A stretch of DNA of 64,000 bases from Candidatus Heimdallarchaeota archaeon (GTDB lineage Archaea; Asgardarchaeota; Wukongarchaeia; Wukongarchaeales; JBHIFL01), in the NCBI GenBank assembly GCA_046761065.1, contig JBHIFL010000001.1, positions 96,001 to 160,000 on the forward strand, given 5' to 3'. The position numbers and the translations under genes were made by a program. A model generated the notes under the pieces. That model was not told the DNA's origin. It did no database searches and was given only the letters and a program-made list of their open reading frames with translations. This document shows, in pieces, positions 38,255 through 49,282 of the stretch (position 1 is the stretch's first letter; each line of letters starts with the position of its first letter).

Positions 38255-40659
38255 CCCTCCTAGCTCAGTCCGAGACTCAAGACGAGAGATTAATGGAAGG
38301 ATTTGTGATTAATAAGATCGAGATGTACAAGTTCATGAGATATCGCCAAAAAACGACAATACCCTTCACGTATCAATTTACTGTGATTTGTGGCCAAACA
38401 GGTCATGGGAAGACTACGATCTTAGATGCGATCACATTTGCTCTGTACCGGCGAACAAGCCGTACGGATCTTAAGGGGGTCAATATCGAAGATATATGCG
38501 ATTATTCAGGATATACTAAGATTACATTTAGTCACAAGGGGAGCACCTACTCAGTTAAGAGAGGGCGAGATCGCACTGGAAAATCTACCCTTACTTTAGA
38601 ACAAGATGGACAGCGGATTGCAGGAACCATCCCTGAACTGGATGCAAAAATCGAAGCCATTATCGGATTAGATTATTTGGGGTTCAGGAACTCTACTTTC
38701 ATCCGCCAAGATGAGATGAAGTCTTTAGGATCGGAGATCGGTTCTAAACGTTTGGAAATTTTCCAAAAACTCTTCAGATTAGAACTATTCGAGAAAGCCC
38801 AGAGTTTAGCAGATCAAAATCAAAGAATAACGCGTGAACATATTTCGAAGCTCCAAGGAATGATTGAATCTGAGAAACAGCAGATCCTAAAACTATCAGA
38901 ACTGAGGAAAGAGAAAATAAATTTGGAACAAGAAATGCAGACAATCCGTCCCCAATTAAATGCGATAACTATTAAACTGAACACGACCGAAACACGTCGG
39001 ATAGAGCTTCAGAAAAAACATGATGAATTTATTAAACTAAGAGGACTGAGTGGAGAACGGGAAGAAGAAATTAACCAATTAGTGAAGAGGCTTGAAACCA
39101 CTGAAAAATCACAAGACCAAATAAAACACCTCCAAACTCAAATTGAAGATCTTGAAAAAGAAACATACGATTATGAATCACTTTTTGATCAAGTAAAAAC
39201 TCTTAGTATACGCCTTACCGAACAAGCGCAAAAATATAAGTCCCTTCTGGAACAGAAAACCCAGTATGAACAGAACGCTAGCGATTTAACAAAAAAATAT
39301 GAGGAAAGCATGATTAATCTCAGTAAAAGGCTTTCTAAGCATGAAAACCGAGTATTAGATCTAAAAAAAACAGTTATTGATAAAGATACCGCCTTTGAAA
39401 TCCTCAGAACCGAAGGAATGCTCAATGAACGAATTTCACGAATAGAAAAAGAAATTAATTGGTTATCAGACAATATAAGTTTAGTCCAAGCATTAAAAAA
39501 AGAACAATTGCAAGCCAAATCTCAATTAAGTGAGATTCAAACAAAAACGCAACTGATCAATCAAGATTCATTTGTTTTATCAGAAATACAAACCCAGATT
39601 ACTCAACTGAAAAAGGATCTTGATAAAATAGAAGCCGAATATGCACAAGAATTATTGCATATTCAAAACAAAATTAGAGAAAAGAATGAGGCCATCAAAA
39701 CTCTTGGGTATCAAGAGGAAGATTGGGTAAACCTTCATAAACTTGAGCAAGTTATGAAAGAAAAAAGAGTCAAAAGAGGAGTCTTGGAAAAAAAACGCAA
39801 TGAGCTCAAAAAGCTAGGAGATCAAGCCGCACTCGTTGTTGCCTTAACACAGGAGCTCCAACAAAAACGTCATAATTTTAACCAGATAAAAGATAACATA
39901 GAAATTTTGCAACCATTTGAGATGGAATTTAAGCAGATTCAAGAAATGATATTAACCCTGTATGACCAAAAAGAAAAAATACAGACAGAAGTCGCTGAAA
40001 AAACCGGGATGTTAAAAAAAATAACCGACAACATCGTGAGTTTGGAAGAACTTGCAGGGATTATCCAAGAGAAAGAAGCTCAACTTACAGAATTGCAATC
40101 CACAGCAGAAATTTTTACGATTCTAAAAGAAAATGTGTTTCATAAGATTGGCGTCCCAATGTACGCAATCCAGCAACTCCTTCCCCAGTTAAGCCGCGAA
40201 GCCTCCATGAATCTCAGCGATCTAACCGATAAGCGATTCACTCAAATGAAACTCACAACATATGATGAGGGAGGCTCTTATGGAATTAAAATTGAGGTTG
40301 CAGGCGCAGCGAATCGTTGGATGGATGTTCAAGAATTTAGTGGCGGGGAGAAGACTCAGATTAACGGTGCATTACGCTTGGCCATTGCAAAAGAACTCGC
40401 AAGAATGCCACAAATCGGTAAAACCTATGGCCAGATGCGTACCCTGTTTATTGACGAAGGCGATCTCGGGTCCCTAGACACTGAAATCAGCCGAACATTA
40501 TTTATCAAAAAACTATTTGAACAAGGGAAGTTTTTCAGAAAGGTTACCCTGATAACACATCTAACAGACCTAATTGAATTGTTTCCTGGAAAAATAAGAG
40601 TCTATATGACCCCTACAGGAGAATCTCGCGTTGATATTGGGGAGGCGTCGGAGAAATGA
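38251..40659 (+). CDS. rad50: Rad50/SbcC SMC-like ATPase (lacks CxxC zinc hook)
   Basis: GQTGHGKTT, Q-loop FIRQ, long coiled coil, FSGGE signature, LFIDEG..GSLD, ITH. Confidence 0.9.
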   Translation: MTLLAQSETQDERLMEGFVINKIEMYKFMRYRQKTTIPFTYQFTVICGQTGHGKTTILDAITFALYRRTSRTDLKGVNIEDICDYSGYTKITFSHKGSTYSVKRGRDRTGKSTLTLEQDGQRIAGTIPELDAKIEAIIGLDYLGFRNSTFIRQDEMKSLGSEIGSKRLEIFQKLFRLELFEKAQSLADQNQRITREHISKLQGMIESEKQQILKLSELRKEKINLEQEMQTIRPQLNAITIKLNTTETRRIELQKKHDEFIKLRGLSGEREEEINQLVKRLETTEKSQDQIKHLQTQIEDLEKETYDYESLFDQVKTLSIRLTEQAQKYKSLLEQKTQYEQNASDLTKKYEESMINLSKRLSKHENRVLDLKKTVIDKDTAFEILRTEGMLNERISRIEKEINWLSDNISLVQALKKEQLQAKSQLSEIQTKTQLINQDSFVLSEIQTQITQLKKDLDKIEAEYAQELLHIQNKIREKNEAIKTLGYQEEDWVNLHKLEQVMKEKRVKRGVLEKKRNELKKLGDQAALVVALTQELQQKRHNFNQIKDNIEILQPFEMEFKQIQEMILTLYDQKEKIQTEVAEKTGMLKKITDNIVSLEELAGIIQEKEAQLTELQSTAEIFTILKENVFHKIGVPMYAIQQLLPQLSREASMNLSDLTDKRFTQMKLTTYDEGGSYGIKIEVAGAANRWMDVQEFSGGEKTQINGALRLAIAKELARMPQIGKTYGQMRTLFIDEGDLGSLDTEISRTLFIKKLFEQGKFFRKVTLITHLTDLIELFPGKIRVYMTPTGESRVDIGEASEK

Positions 40660-41729
40660 GTATACCCACTTATTCCAACTCGTACGACTTAAAAGAAAAG
40701 ATGCAACATGTCCTTAATTTACTCAGTGAATATTCGGGAATAATTCAGGAGGGGGCTCCAGGTATAGCAGAAAAGTTCCAGATCCATGAGTTCGAATTGA
40801 GTGATCAATCTCCTCCAGATTTAGTAGCTGTAGACGGTTCATATTCTTTCATTCTGAATGTATCAAGCGTTTGGATCGTTATATTGCGAATTGGGGCACT
40901 ACTTTACGAATTCAAAGAAAATTCGAGCCAGATTGGATATGTGCTTAAGGAAAGTTACTTTGAGGACAAACCAGAGGTTGTAGCTTCTTACCGGGAAATT
41001 GTAAAAAAACAGTCAGCGCTGCATCAAGAACTCTTTAAAATCTCATTAGCAACTGGAAGAAAAGCGCATCAAACCATTGCAGATGGTTTAAGACGATTGG
41101 CAGAACATAATCTTGCACATAAACTAGCAGGACAAATGCGGGACACAATCATAGCTTTAGATGGCTCCCTCACTACCCAACCCTTACCACCGTTTCAAGA
41201 TGCTATGCAAGAACTGATAACAAATTGCAAACAAAATAATAACACTCTTATTGGAGTTTCTAAGGATTCCAAGACTCATGCCTTCAGATCGTTCATGACA
41301 GATGAAGAATTGCTGCGAAAGGCGGTACCCGATCGAGGATTAGCATTCGTCCGAGCACCTCAATCGTTTGAGCAGAATTACACCCCTCCTCTCTATGGGG
41401 ACGTCTATTTCGCTCACCTTTCGCCTAGTGCCCCAAAATGGTTTCGAATCGATCTGGGAACTAATAAAGAAACCCCTACAGAAGTTTTTTCGAATTTAGC
41501 TCACTATGCGCGATCTGAAATCTGCCCTGGATATATTTTTCCGTTAATAGAAGCACATCGTTATGTGGTAGCCGTCCGACACTTCCATCAAGTCTATGAA
41601 GAGTTAGTCTTTGAACTTGGGCCCCAATATGGGTTGAAACCAGATGATATTGTTCTAGCGCGAACAAATATTGAAGGGAGGCGATATGGCGCGTTTCATG
41701 AATTCTTAGACAGGATCAGCCGTAGATAA
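40656..41729 (+). CDS. nurA: NurA 5'-3' nuclease
   Basis: VAVDGS, LAE, ALDGSL, IGVSKDS, GY.FPLIEAH. Confidence 0.88.
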   Translation: MSIPTYSNSYDLKEKMQHVLNLLSEYSGIIQEGAPGIAEKFQIHEFELSDQSPPDLVAVDGSYSFILNVSSVWIVILRIGALLYEFKENSSQIGYVLKESYFEDKPEVVASYREIVKKQSALHQELFKISLATGRKAHQTIADGLRRLAEHNLAHKLAGQMRDTIIALDGSLTTQPLPPFQDAMQELITNCKQNNNTLIGVSKDSKTHAFRSFMTDEELLRKAVPDRGLAFVRAPQSFEQNYTPPLYGDVYFAHLSPSAPKWFRIDLGTNKETPTEVFSNLAHYARSEICPGYIFPLIEAHRYVVAVRHFHQVYEELVFELGPQYGLKPDDIVLARTNIEGRRYGAFHEFLDRISRR

Positions 41730-41749
41730 GAAAATGGAGGAGGAATTCA

Positions 41750-43324
41750 ATGAAAATTGGTGAAGTGGTTGCAGCTTCAGTTCTTAAAGGAATTGATGTT
41801 AAGCTTAGCCTTGAAAATCCCGAAGAAACAAATGTCGGCTTTCCTATAATCATTGAAGGAGAATACTACGATTTCTACTGTGTTATCGAGGATGTATATC
41901 TCCCAGAAAACAATATGATTGAACGGCTGGCAGATTCCAAAGTGGGTAAGTCGATAATACCTATGACGGCTCCCGGAATTCATGAAGGGTACAGTGGGCG
42001 GATGTTTTACGCCAAAGCGACTTTACAAAGTATTCAGCTTATTGATAAGAAAACCGAGCGTTTAATCGATCCTGAAACAATCCCCCCATATTTTTCCAAG
42101 GTTCGGAAGGCAACCCAAGAAGATGTAGAGAAGATTTATGCAGCTACGCCTACGAGCATGCATATCGGAACACTTCGAGGAGTCCCCGACTTTACAATCC
42201 CTATTGATTTCGAAAAACTCACCGAAATGCCCTTTGGGTTGTTCGGTAGAACCGGAGTAGGGAAAAGTATTCTAAATAAAATTCTTAGTAATTGCATCCT
42301 TACAAGAGATATCGCAAGCCTGTTTATCTTTGATATGCACACCGAGTATGGTCTCTACTCTCGAACCGACAATACACCCGGACTGAAGTTCTTCTATCCA
42401 GACAAGGTTGAGCTTTTCACTTTGGATCCTACCTCCAACAAGGAGGCAAAGCCGTTCATTATTGACCCTATGGCGATCCAACCAGGTGACTTGATCGTTG
42501 CTTTCCAAGACCTTACTGACCGGATGATTGATGCAATCTACGAAATCGATCAAAGAAAGCACGGAATGGATTTAATCACTGCAATCGAGAATGCGACCAC
42601 GGATGCTTTCGCAAGGATTGCGCCGAGTACTTTACGAGGTCTTCAAGGGCGAACACAAAGACTCCACCGCTTTGCATTCGTAAGACCACTCCCAGCAGGG
42701 ACTAGAGACACGTTTGATCAGTTGGTGGAGTATATCAAGCATGGAAAATCCATTGTATTAGACTATGGAACCTTTGGTACCGATTCCATGGCGTATCTAT
42801 TTGTGGGGAACCTCATTTCACGGCGACTCTATAATCTCTATATTGAAGATCAAAGCCTTCCCCGATTAGTTTTGCAAATAGAAGAAGCTCATAAATTTTT
42901 AGATCCCCGAGTCGCGTCATATACCATCATGGACCGGTTAGCCAGAGAGATGCGAAAATTCAATCTTGTCTTAATGTTAATTGACCAAAGACCAAGTCGT
43001 ATTGATGAAGAAGTCCGCTCTCAACTTGCAAATCGATTAATTCTGTCACTCAAAGAACCCCGAGACATCAGTGATGCCCTAGCAGGAGTCCCAAACGCTA
43101 CCGTTTGGGCCAAGATCATTGGGGCAATTCCTCCACGAACCGTATTAGTACAAGGGGACGCTATCCAGGTTCCAACCCTAATTGAAATAATGGAGTACTC
43201 CCCAACCTCGATGAAAGCACTGATTGACCAATATATAACCGCGGAAGAGTCTGAACGACTAACTGAGCAAGATATTAAAAAGATGGTGGAAAAAGCCAAA
43301 GATCTTTTTCAGCCATCCGAATAA
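41750..43324 (+). CDS. herA: HerA helicase/translocase
   Basis: N-terminal HAS barrel, FGRTGVGKS, FDMHTEY, IEEAHKF, AREMRKF, DQRPS. Confidence 0.92.
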   Translation: MKIGEVVAASVLKGIDVKLSLENPEETNVGFPIIIEGEYYDFYCVIEDVYLPENNMIERLADSKVGKSIIPMTAPGIHEGYSGRMFYAKATLQSIQLIDKKTERLIDPETIPPYFSKVRKATQEDVEKIYAATPTSMHIGTLRGVPDFTIPIDFEKLTEMPFGLFGRTGVGKSILNKILSNCILTRDIASLFIFDMHTEYGLYSRTDNTPGLKFFYPDKVELFTLDPTSNKEAKPFIIDPMAIQPGDLIVAFQDLTDRMIDAIYEIDQRKHGMDLITAIENATTDAFARIAPSTLRGLQGRTQRLHRFAFVRPLPAGTRDTFDQLVEYIKHGKSIVLDYGTFGTDSMAYLFVGNLISRRLYNLYIEDQSLPRLVLQIEEAHKFLDPRVASYTIMDRLAREMRKFNLVLMLIDQRPSRIDEEVRSQLANRLILSLKEPRDISDALAGVPNATVWAKIIGAIPPRTVLVQGDAIQVPTLIEIMEYSPTSMKALIDQYITAEESERLTEQDIKKMVEKAKDLFQPSE

Positions 43325-43537
43325 GTTATTGTGTTGAGTTGTGCATTTTATGGGTATAACTTAGCTTTTGGATCAGTATCTACTCTTTTAAAACAGCTAA
43401 CACCTAAGATATAGGGGTATCTTATATTCTCACTTAATTTCTATTGGAGTTTAAAAATCCCTAGATCGACTAAGGTCTGACTGAAAGAGGAGACTGAAAG
43501 TAAAGGTCAAGACCCCACTCCTAAAAGATGTGGAATT

Positions 43538-43744
43538 GTGATGGTGATAGCAACGCAAGATCAAAACCTTACTGAAAGCAAAATTGGATACTTTACAGGT
43601 ATTATTGACGGTGAGGGGTGTCTCACAATTACAAAGGTAAAAAAACAAGAATTATCTGAGTGGTTTTCGCAATATACCCATCCATCAACTCACGGAGGGC
43701 CTGAACACTTGAAAAAAATGAGGAAATCTACCAAGAGATTCTAA
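43538..43744 (+). pseudogene. Truncated LAGLIDADG homing endonuclease remnant
   Basis: IGYFTGIIDGEGCLTI is a LAGLIDADG helix. The ORF ends after 68 aa. Confidence 0.65.
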
Positions 43745-44009
43745 AAATAAATGAAATACTTAAACCTTGTCTCTATTCAATTCCAATTTAACAGAACATT
43801 CCATATCAGGCTACAAGCACGGTGTGGTGTACGCCAGAGTCTTGTCCTCTTTGACAGACCCACTAAATACCATGTTCTTCCGTGGGGATACTTGATGTGA
43901 TTTGCCGAAAGGTACTCAACTCTAACAGGAAGACTATCGAAAATGTAATCGTAATTCCTCCCCCTACTTAACTAGGAGATTTTAAGTAGAGGTAGAAGGT
44001 GATAATATA

Positions 44010-45221
44010 TTGGATCATCTTATGGATCAAAAGCTATTTTCGGGCGTAACCCGACGTTTAGCAATTGCCTCACAACAAATATTCCCTAAATCTGCGTTTA
44101 ATTTTGGGTGCGCCCCAAAAATCCTTGTTGCAGGTGAAGAACGACTTATCGCACTAGATATGGGGTATCAGATTATTTCTGATTATGCTGATGCTGACAA
44201 GCCACTTCGCTTTCTAATTTCAGGGGTACCTTATTGCGGGAAAACTTCTCTTGGCCATGATTTCGCATGGTATGCCATGGCACAAGCTGTAAATAGTACG
44301 GGTGATACCCCAGTAGTCCTTTATGAAAGCGCATTTGAACGTTCTCCTATTTCATTAGCCCGTTCACTTGTCCGAAAAACAACAAAGGAAGCTGAAATTC
44401 CTTTCAAGACCTCCTTGGATGTATTGATCTCAAAGCTTGTGGAAGCCACAGGAAAAAGGAAACACCTCATCTTCCTGGATGATCTCTATAGTAGACATGT
44501 CGAGTTCGTTAATGAGCTATTAATGAGTGTAGAAGATTCAGATCTTGATATATTCCTCTCGGCGATGCCGGATTTGGAACGAACATTGAAAAATAGGTAT
44601 AACCACACATATCTACGCCAGATCAGCAAATGCAAAGTGGTCCTTCCTGATTTCGATGTGATCCACCTTGCAGCTATTATTAAACAAGAAGCCGCGGATT
44701 TATTTGATGTGCCACTCACAACTGAACAAGCATTATTTTTTGCCGAAGTTGATCAAGTTTTGACAGCAAAGTTACCGGTGAGTTACGGAACAGATCGCCC
44801 TTTTATTACAATTCTTGGCCAACTTGCAAACTACAAGGGACGCGTCCTTTGTGGGAATGCTTGTAGAGAAATTACACAAAATACCGCGATCTATGATGAC
44901 TTTTTAACCGTTTTCGACCTATCTAATGATGCAGCTCGACTTCTAGAAAAGGTTCTTGCATATTTTAAATTCGGCAATGAAGCAAGTAAATGCTTTGTTG
45001 ACAAAGCAGACATTTTCTGGTACTTCGAAGAACTTTTAGAAGGCATCCAGATTCCTAGCTTAGATACACAGCAACGATTCAACGAATTGATGGGTGAATT
45101 AGAAGAAGTGGGATCCCTCCTTCCAGCCGAACATTTAAACTGGAAATACTTTTGTTTTTGTGATATTGAAGATGCCTTATGGGTTTTAAAATCTTCAATA
45201 ACCCGTTTTTACAATCCTTAA
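44010..45221 (+). CDS. Divergent AAA+/P-loop ATPase, Cdc6/Orc1-like architecture
   Basis: ISGVPYCGKTS, HLIFLDDL, C-terminal RFNELMGELEEVGSL resembling the Cdc6 wHTH helix. Confidence 0.6.
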   Translation: MDHLMDQKLFSGVTRRLAIASQQIFPKSAFNFGCAPKILVAGEERLIALDMGYQIISDYADADKPLRFLISGVPYCGKTSLGHDFAWYAMAQAVNSTGDTPVVLYESAFERSPISLARSLVRKTTKEAEIPFKTSLDVLISKLVEATGKRKHLIFLDDLYSRHVEFVNELLMSVEDSDLDIFLSAMPDLERTLKNRYNHTYLRQISKCKVVLPDFDVIHLAAIIKQEAADLFDVPLTTEQALFFAEVDQVLTAKLPVSYGTDRPFITILGQLANYKGRVLCGNACREITQNTAIYDDFLTVFDLSNDAARLLEKVLAYFKFGNEASKCFVDKADIFWYFEELLEGIQIPSLDTQQRFNELMGELEEVGSLLPAEHLNWKYFCFCDIEDALWVLKSSITRFYNP

Positions 45222-45304
45222 TTGTTAGTTACCATTTAATTCGATGAAAACATCAAATAAGATTCTTTCAGAAAAAAAAGTTAAAATAATGTATATTTTC
45301 GAGC

Positions 45305-46252
45305 CTATGGGTCCTCGATTCCGGTCTGTCTAATTGCAAACACTGCTTCCCCTTCGGCCAAGAGCGGACTGTCAACAATTCTCGCGATTCTTCGATCCCC
45401 TTTTGATTTGCGCAAGTAGATCCTGGTAGTGGCTGCATGACCGACAATGTGACCACCAATCGGAGCGAGAGGATCCCCAAATAGAATATCAGGGCGACTC
45501 ATGACTTGATTCGTAACAACAAGGGCGACATTGTGAATCTCAGCCAAAGCTAAAAGTTGGTGGATGTGCTTATTTAGTTTCTGTTGCCGTTCACTTAATG
45601 TTCCCCTCCCAACGTATTCCGCTCGAAAGTGACTTGTAAGGGAATCAACGATGACAAGTTTGATGTTATTGTCTTTCACAAGCTTTTCGGCCTGTTCTGC
45701 TAATAACATCTGATGATCACTGTTGTACGCTCGGGCTACACTCATAGTATCAAGAATAGCTTTTGCATCTCCCCCGAAGCGCTCACACATATGAATGATT
45801 CGTTCAGGACGAAATGTCCCCTCTGTGTCGATATAACAAGTATTTCCTCCAAGTCCCCCTTCTTCTGGAGGAGAATGCACCGTTACGCAGAGTTGGTGAG
45901 CAAGTTGGGTCTTTCCTGTACGATACTCTCCAAAAAACTCGCAAATAGATTTTGTCTCGATACCTCCGTCCAAGAGGTTATCCAGATTTGAACAACCAGT
46001 GGTGATCCGCCCTATGTTCCGTCGTTCTTCCAGCATCTGAGTCCCAGATTTGAACCCAACTTGAAGTTTCCCCCTTGCTGCTTCGATGATCTTTTCGGCA
46101 GTTGTTTCCCCAACGCTGACGGCAGCAGCTAGTTCTTTCACGGTGGTTACGGCAATTGACTCGATGGTTTCAAGTCCCGCTTCCCGGAGTCGATTTACAG
46201 TTGCTGGGCCCACACCAGGTAGGTCTTCTAATTCAATAGTCAAGAATCTCAC
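45305..46252 (-). CDS. radA: DNA repair and recombination protein RadA
   Basis: N-terminal HhH (LPGVGP), [42 protein letters not shown]. No intein. Confidence 0.96.
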   Translation of the reverse strand: MRFLTIELEDLPGVGPATVNRLREAGLETIESIAVTTVKELAAAVSVGETTAEKIIEAARGKLQVGFKSGTQMLEERRNIGRITTGCSNLDNLLDGGIETKSICEFFGEYRTGKTQLAHQLCVTVHSPPEEGGLGGNTCYIDTEGTFRPERIIHMCERFGGDAKAILDTMSVARAYNSDHQMLLAEQAEKLVKDNNIKLVIVDSLTSHFRAEYVGRGTLSERQQKLNKHIHQLLALAEIHNVALVVTNQVMSRPDILFGDPLAPIGGHIVGHAATTRIYLRKSKGDRRIARIVDSPLLAEGEAVFAIRQTGIEDP

Positions 46253-46489
46253 TTACCATAAATAAAAGGAGAATCCCAATTTATATATCTACAGAGAGGG
46301 TGATTTAACTAAAAAAATCATTTAATCTTATCTTTTGGATTATAAAGGATTAAAAAAAGGCATTGATTTGATTTCATTAGATGAGTTGCATTTTACTGAT
46401 TTCAATGTGAACTTGGAGACAAGTTGTCACCTAGTTCGTTAGTCGTTTAACTCGAATGGAACCCTCGAAGAGTTTTGGGTCAGCTCAGA

Positions 46490-49282
46490 TTATAAGTCAG
46501 CTTTAGGTTTTGCGTCTTGCACGGCCTTCATGAGGAGTTCTTTAGCTTTAACAAGCATATCATCAAATTGGCTAACATCGGGTCCCCCTCCTTGCGCAAT
46601 TTGACCACGTCCTCCGGCTCTACCTCCAACGATTTGAGCAAGCTTATTCAATATTTCACTAATTTGTATGTTGATTTTACCGACGGCTCCAACTAAAGTC
46701 ACGCGATCTCGTTTCGCTGCTAAGACAATGACCACCCGTTCTCGTTTCTCAAGGACTTTTTTCGCGACCTCTATCATTTCCTCGGGGAGAAGATCTCTTT
46801 CATTGACTACGATAGCAATATCATTGACCATGGTTGCCGAAGCTAAAAGACTTGGCGCTATTTGTTCAGCCATTTGTTGTCGTAATGCTTCTATCTGTTT
46901 TTTCTGCCCTTTCCATTCATTAAAAAATCGTTTTACCGTACGAGGTAATGCCATCTTCGGGACACTTACATACCCCGCCGCTTCTTCTAGGACCTTTTCG
47001 AGCTGCTGGATCTTTTCAACCGCCTTTATGCCTGCCGAAAAGGTCAAGCGGGCCACTCCATCTTGGATACGTTCGGTATTTTCTATCTTAATATACCCAA
47101 GCTCCCCCGAAGACAGGGGATAAAGGCCCCCACAGGCCTCAACGTCCCACCCTTCTACTGTACAGATCCGAAGTTCTTTTCCAGGGACTGCACCCCCCTG
47201 GTAGATAGTAAACCCATAGCGCCGCTCCGCCTCATTGCGGTCCAACCATTCCACGGAGATGGGGCGATTTTCCATTACAATACGGTTTGCTTCAAGTTCG
47301 ATTTGGCGCATTTGCTCAGGGATAATGCGTTCATAGTGTGAAATATCTAATCTGGCCCGTTCAGGAGTTTTGTCGGCGCCTACTTGCCAAACATGGTTCC
47401 CAAGAACATGTCTAGCAGCAGAATTCACAATGTGAGTCGCGGCATGGTGACGCATCAATGCAATTCGGCGGTCCCAATCAATGATACCGTGAACAGTCTC
47501 ACCTTTCATGAAGGGAGGACGCTGTTCAAGCCCATGAACTATCGTACCAGCAACTGTGAAGACTGCTGTTACTCGGATCCCATTCAAAGATCCAGTGTCA
47601 TAGGCTTGCCCCCCTCCCTCAGGATAGAATGCTGTTTTATCGAGTACCACATAATTATCGATGAGTTTAACAATTTGAGCATCGAATTCTTGCCGATATT
47701 GGCCATTTGGAACCGTATAATACAGTTTTTGCGGCGGCGGACATCCCTCAACAGCGTGTTCCAACCTTTGGTCGATCGGTTGTTCTATGCTTTCAGGTAT
47801 GTGCTGTTTTTGTTCAACCGCCTGAGCCACCCTTGCCCAGAAATCTCCACAGATTTCAATTGGTTTTCCTTTGTTCGATCCAATTTCTTGGACCATTTCT
47901 GGAGGGATACCTTGTGAGACATAGAGAGTTACCAATTCGTCACATGATAGAGAGGGTTGCGATTCTAATTTCCTACTGACATACTGCGCCCCTTTCTTAA
48001 TGGTCACTCTGTACCGGTTTTCTTCGACACGGAAAATCTCCTTTATGATCGATCGTCCGTTTTCGACTCCCGGATAACTACCTTTCAAATACTCTAAATG
48101 CTTAAATAATAGCTCTATAAGGTCGATTTCGAAGTTGTAAATCTTAGCTAGGGTGATTGATCGTCGTAAAACATTGCGTAAATTATAACCCCCACCCACA
48201 TTGGAAGGAATTGCGCCATCTGCCAAAGCAAAGACAAGAGTCCTAGTATGATCAGCAATTGCGTATAGAGCCTCAATAGGTCCAAGCCGTCTATTGAACT
48301 CCTCAAAGTCTATATTCATCAACTTCACAATTTTGCGTCGCTCATCTTCGATATTTACGGTCTCATCCACATTTAATAGTCCTGAAAGTGGACTGTAATG
48401 ATTTAAAAAGTCCCAATCAACTTCTACTCCACTTTCTGCGATTAACCAGTCGAGAACCGGCCCAAAGGTTGCTTCATAGATGGTTGGAGTTCCTTGTGTA
48501 ATCCAAGCTACTCGTTCAATCCCCCACCCGACATCGATTACCTGCATGTCCATCTGTCTAAATTGTGAGCCATTCAAAAGCTCATACTGCATAAACACAT
48601 TATTCACAATCTCTAGGCCTCGAGCAAAAGCCTCTAAAGTCGGACCGAAGTTTCCTCCGCCTAACCAGAAGGAACTGACATACGTAATTTCCTCAGGAGC
48701 AAGCTTCAACTCCTCGGTTAAGAACTTCCAGTTCAGTTCGATGCAACGATCCATCCAATAACCTCCCTCCAGCCCCTCTCCATAAAACGCATGTTGTCCT
48801 CCCATAATGAATGAGGTCATATGGCGTCCAGTCTTCCCGATGTTGTCTAAATCATTAAACTCCCCTCCAAACCGTATACACGGCTGAGGAACCACCAATG
48901 GATTTGCAGGAGGAGGAACAACCTTCTTAAGGACCCAAGGTTGGAAGTCCGCAATTGATGCGATTGTAAACTCCATGTCCTCCCGCCACCGGGAGACCAC
49001 GGGGTATGCGGTTAGTATTGTATGGTCATGTCGCTCGAAAAAAGTTGTCCACTTTTTGATCGTTTGATGGAAATCCCATCCTCCCGCCAAGGTTTTCCCA
49101 ATGAATTGATAACTCCCAACACATGCGGTCTCCCCACAGACGGGACGATCTGGGTCAAGAGTCCAGAAACCATGTCCACAAACAGGACACTTTTTCCAAG
49201 TAAAATCTAGTTCTTTGAATAATTCGACAATGTAATACTTCTTATCTCTGAATTTGGTAGCTAATTCTTGTTTTAAACTCAT
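46490..49282 (-). CDS. alaS: Alanine--tRNA ligase (archaeal type)
   Basis: N-terminal CPVCG, ASIADFQP, DVGWGIER, IADHTR, FYPEGGGQ, editing HHAATH and ACGG, C-terminal C-Ala domain. Confidence 0.96.
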   Translation of the reverse strand: MSLKQELATKFRDKKYYIVELFKELDFTWKKCPVCGHGFWTLDPDRPVCGETACVGSYQFIGKTLAGGWDFHQTIKKWTTFFERHDHTILTAYPVVSRWREDMEFTIASIADFQPWVLKKVVPPPANPLVVPQPCIRFGGEFNDLDNIGKTGRHMTSFIMGGQHAFYGEGLEGGYWMDRCIELNWKFLTEELKLAPEEITYVSSFWLGGGNFGPTLEAFARGLEIVNNVFMQYELLNGSQFRQMDMQVIDVGWGIERVAWITQGTPTIYEATFGPVLDWLIAESGVEVDWDFLNHYSPLSGLLNVDETVNIEDERRKIVKLMNIDFEEFNRRLGPIEALYAIADHTRTLVFALADGAIPSNVGGGYNLRNVLRRSITLAKIYNFEIDLIELLFKHLEYLKGSYPGVENGRSIIKEIFRVEENRYRVTIKKGAQYVSRKLESQPSLSCDELVTLYVSQGIPPEMVQEIGSNKGKPIEICGDFWARVAQAVEQKQHIPESIEQPIDQRLEHAVEGCPPPQKLYYTVPNGQYRQEFDAQIVKLIDNYVVLDKTAFYPEGGGQAYDTGSLNGIRVTAVFTVAGTIVHGLEQRPPFMKGETVHGIIDWDRRIALMRHHAATHIVNSAARHVLGNHVWQVGADKTPERARLDISHYERIIPEQMRQIELEANRIVMENRPISVEWLDRNEAERRYGFTIYQGGAVPGKELRICTVEGWDVEACGGLYPLSSGELGYIKIENTERIQDGVARLTFSAGIKAVEKIQQLEKVLEEAAGYVSVPKMALPRTVKRFFNEWKGQKKQIEALRQQMAEQIAPSLLASATMVNDIAIVVNERDLLPEEMIEVAKKVLEKRERVVIVLAAKRDRVTLVGAVGKINIQISEILNKLAQIVGGRAGGRGQIAQGGGPDVSQFDDMLVKAKELLMKAVQDAKPKADL

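Noticed and set aside
43470-43520. CTGACTGA...GAAA hammerhead-like or group I intron-like motif upstream of the LAGLIDADG relic
   Set aside because: No stem II pairing between the core motifs and no convincing P7 helix.
45305-46252. Intein in RadA
   Set aside because: Normal length (315 aa) and an uninterrupted P-loop region.
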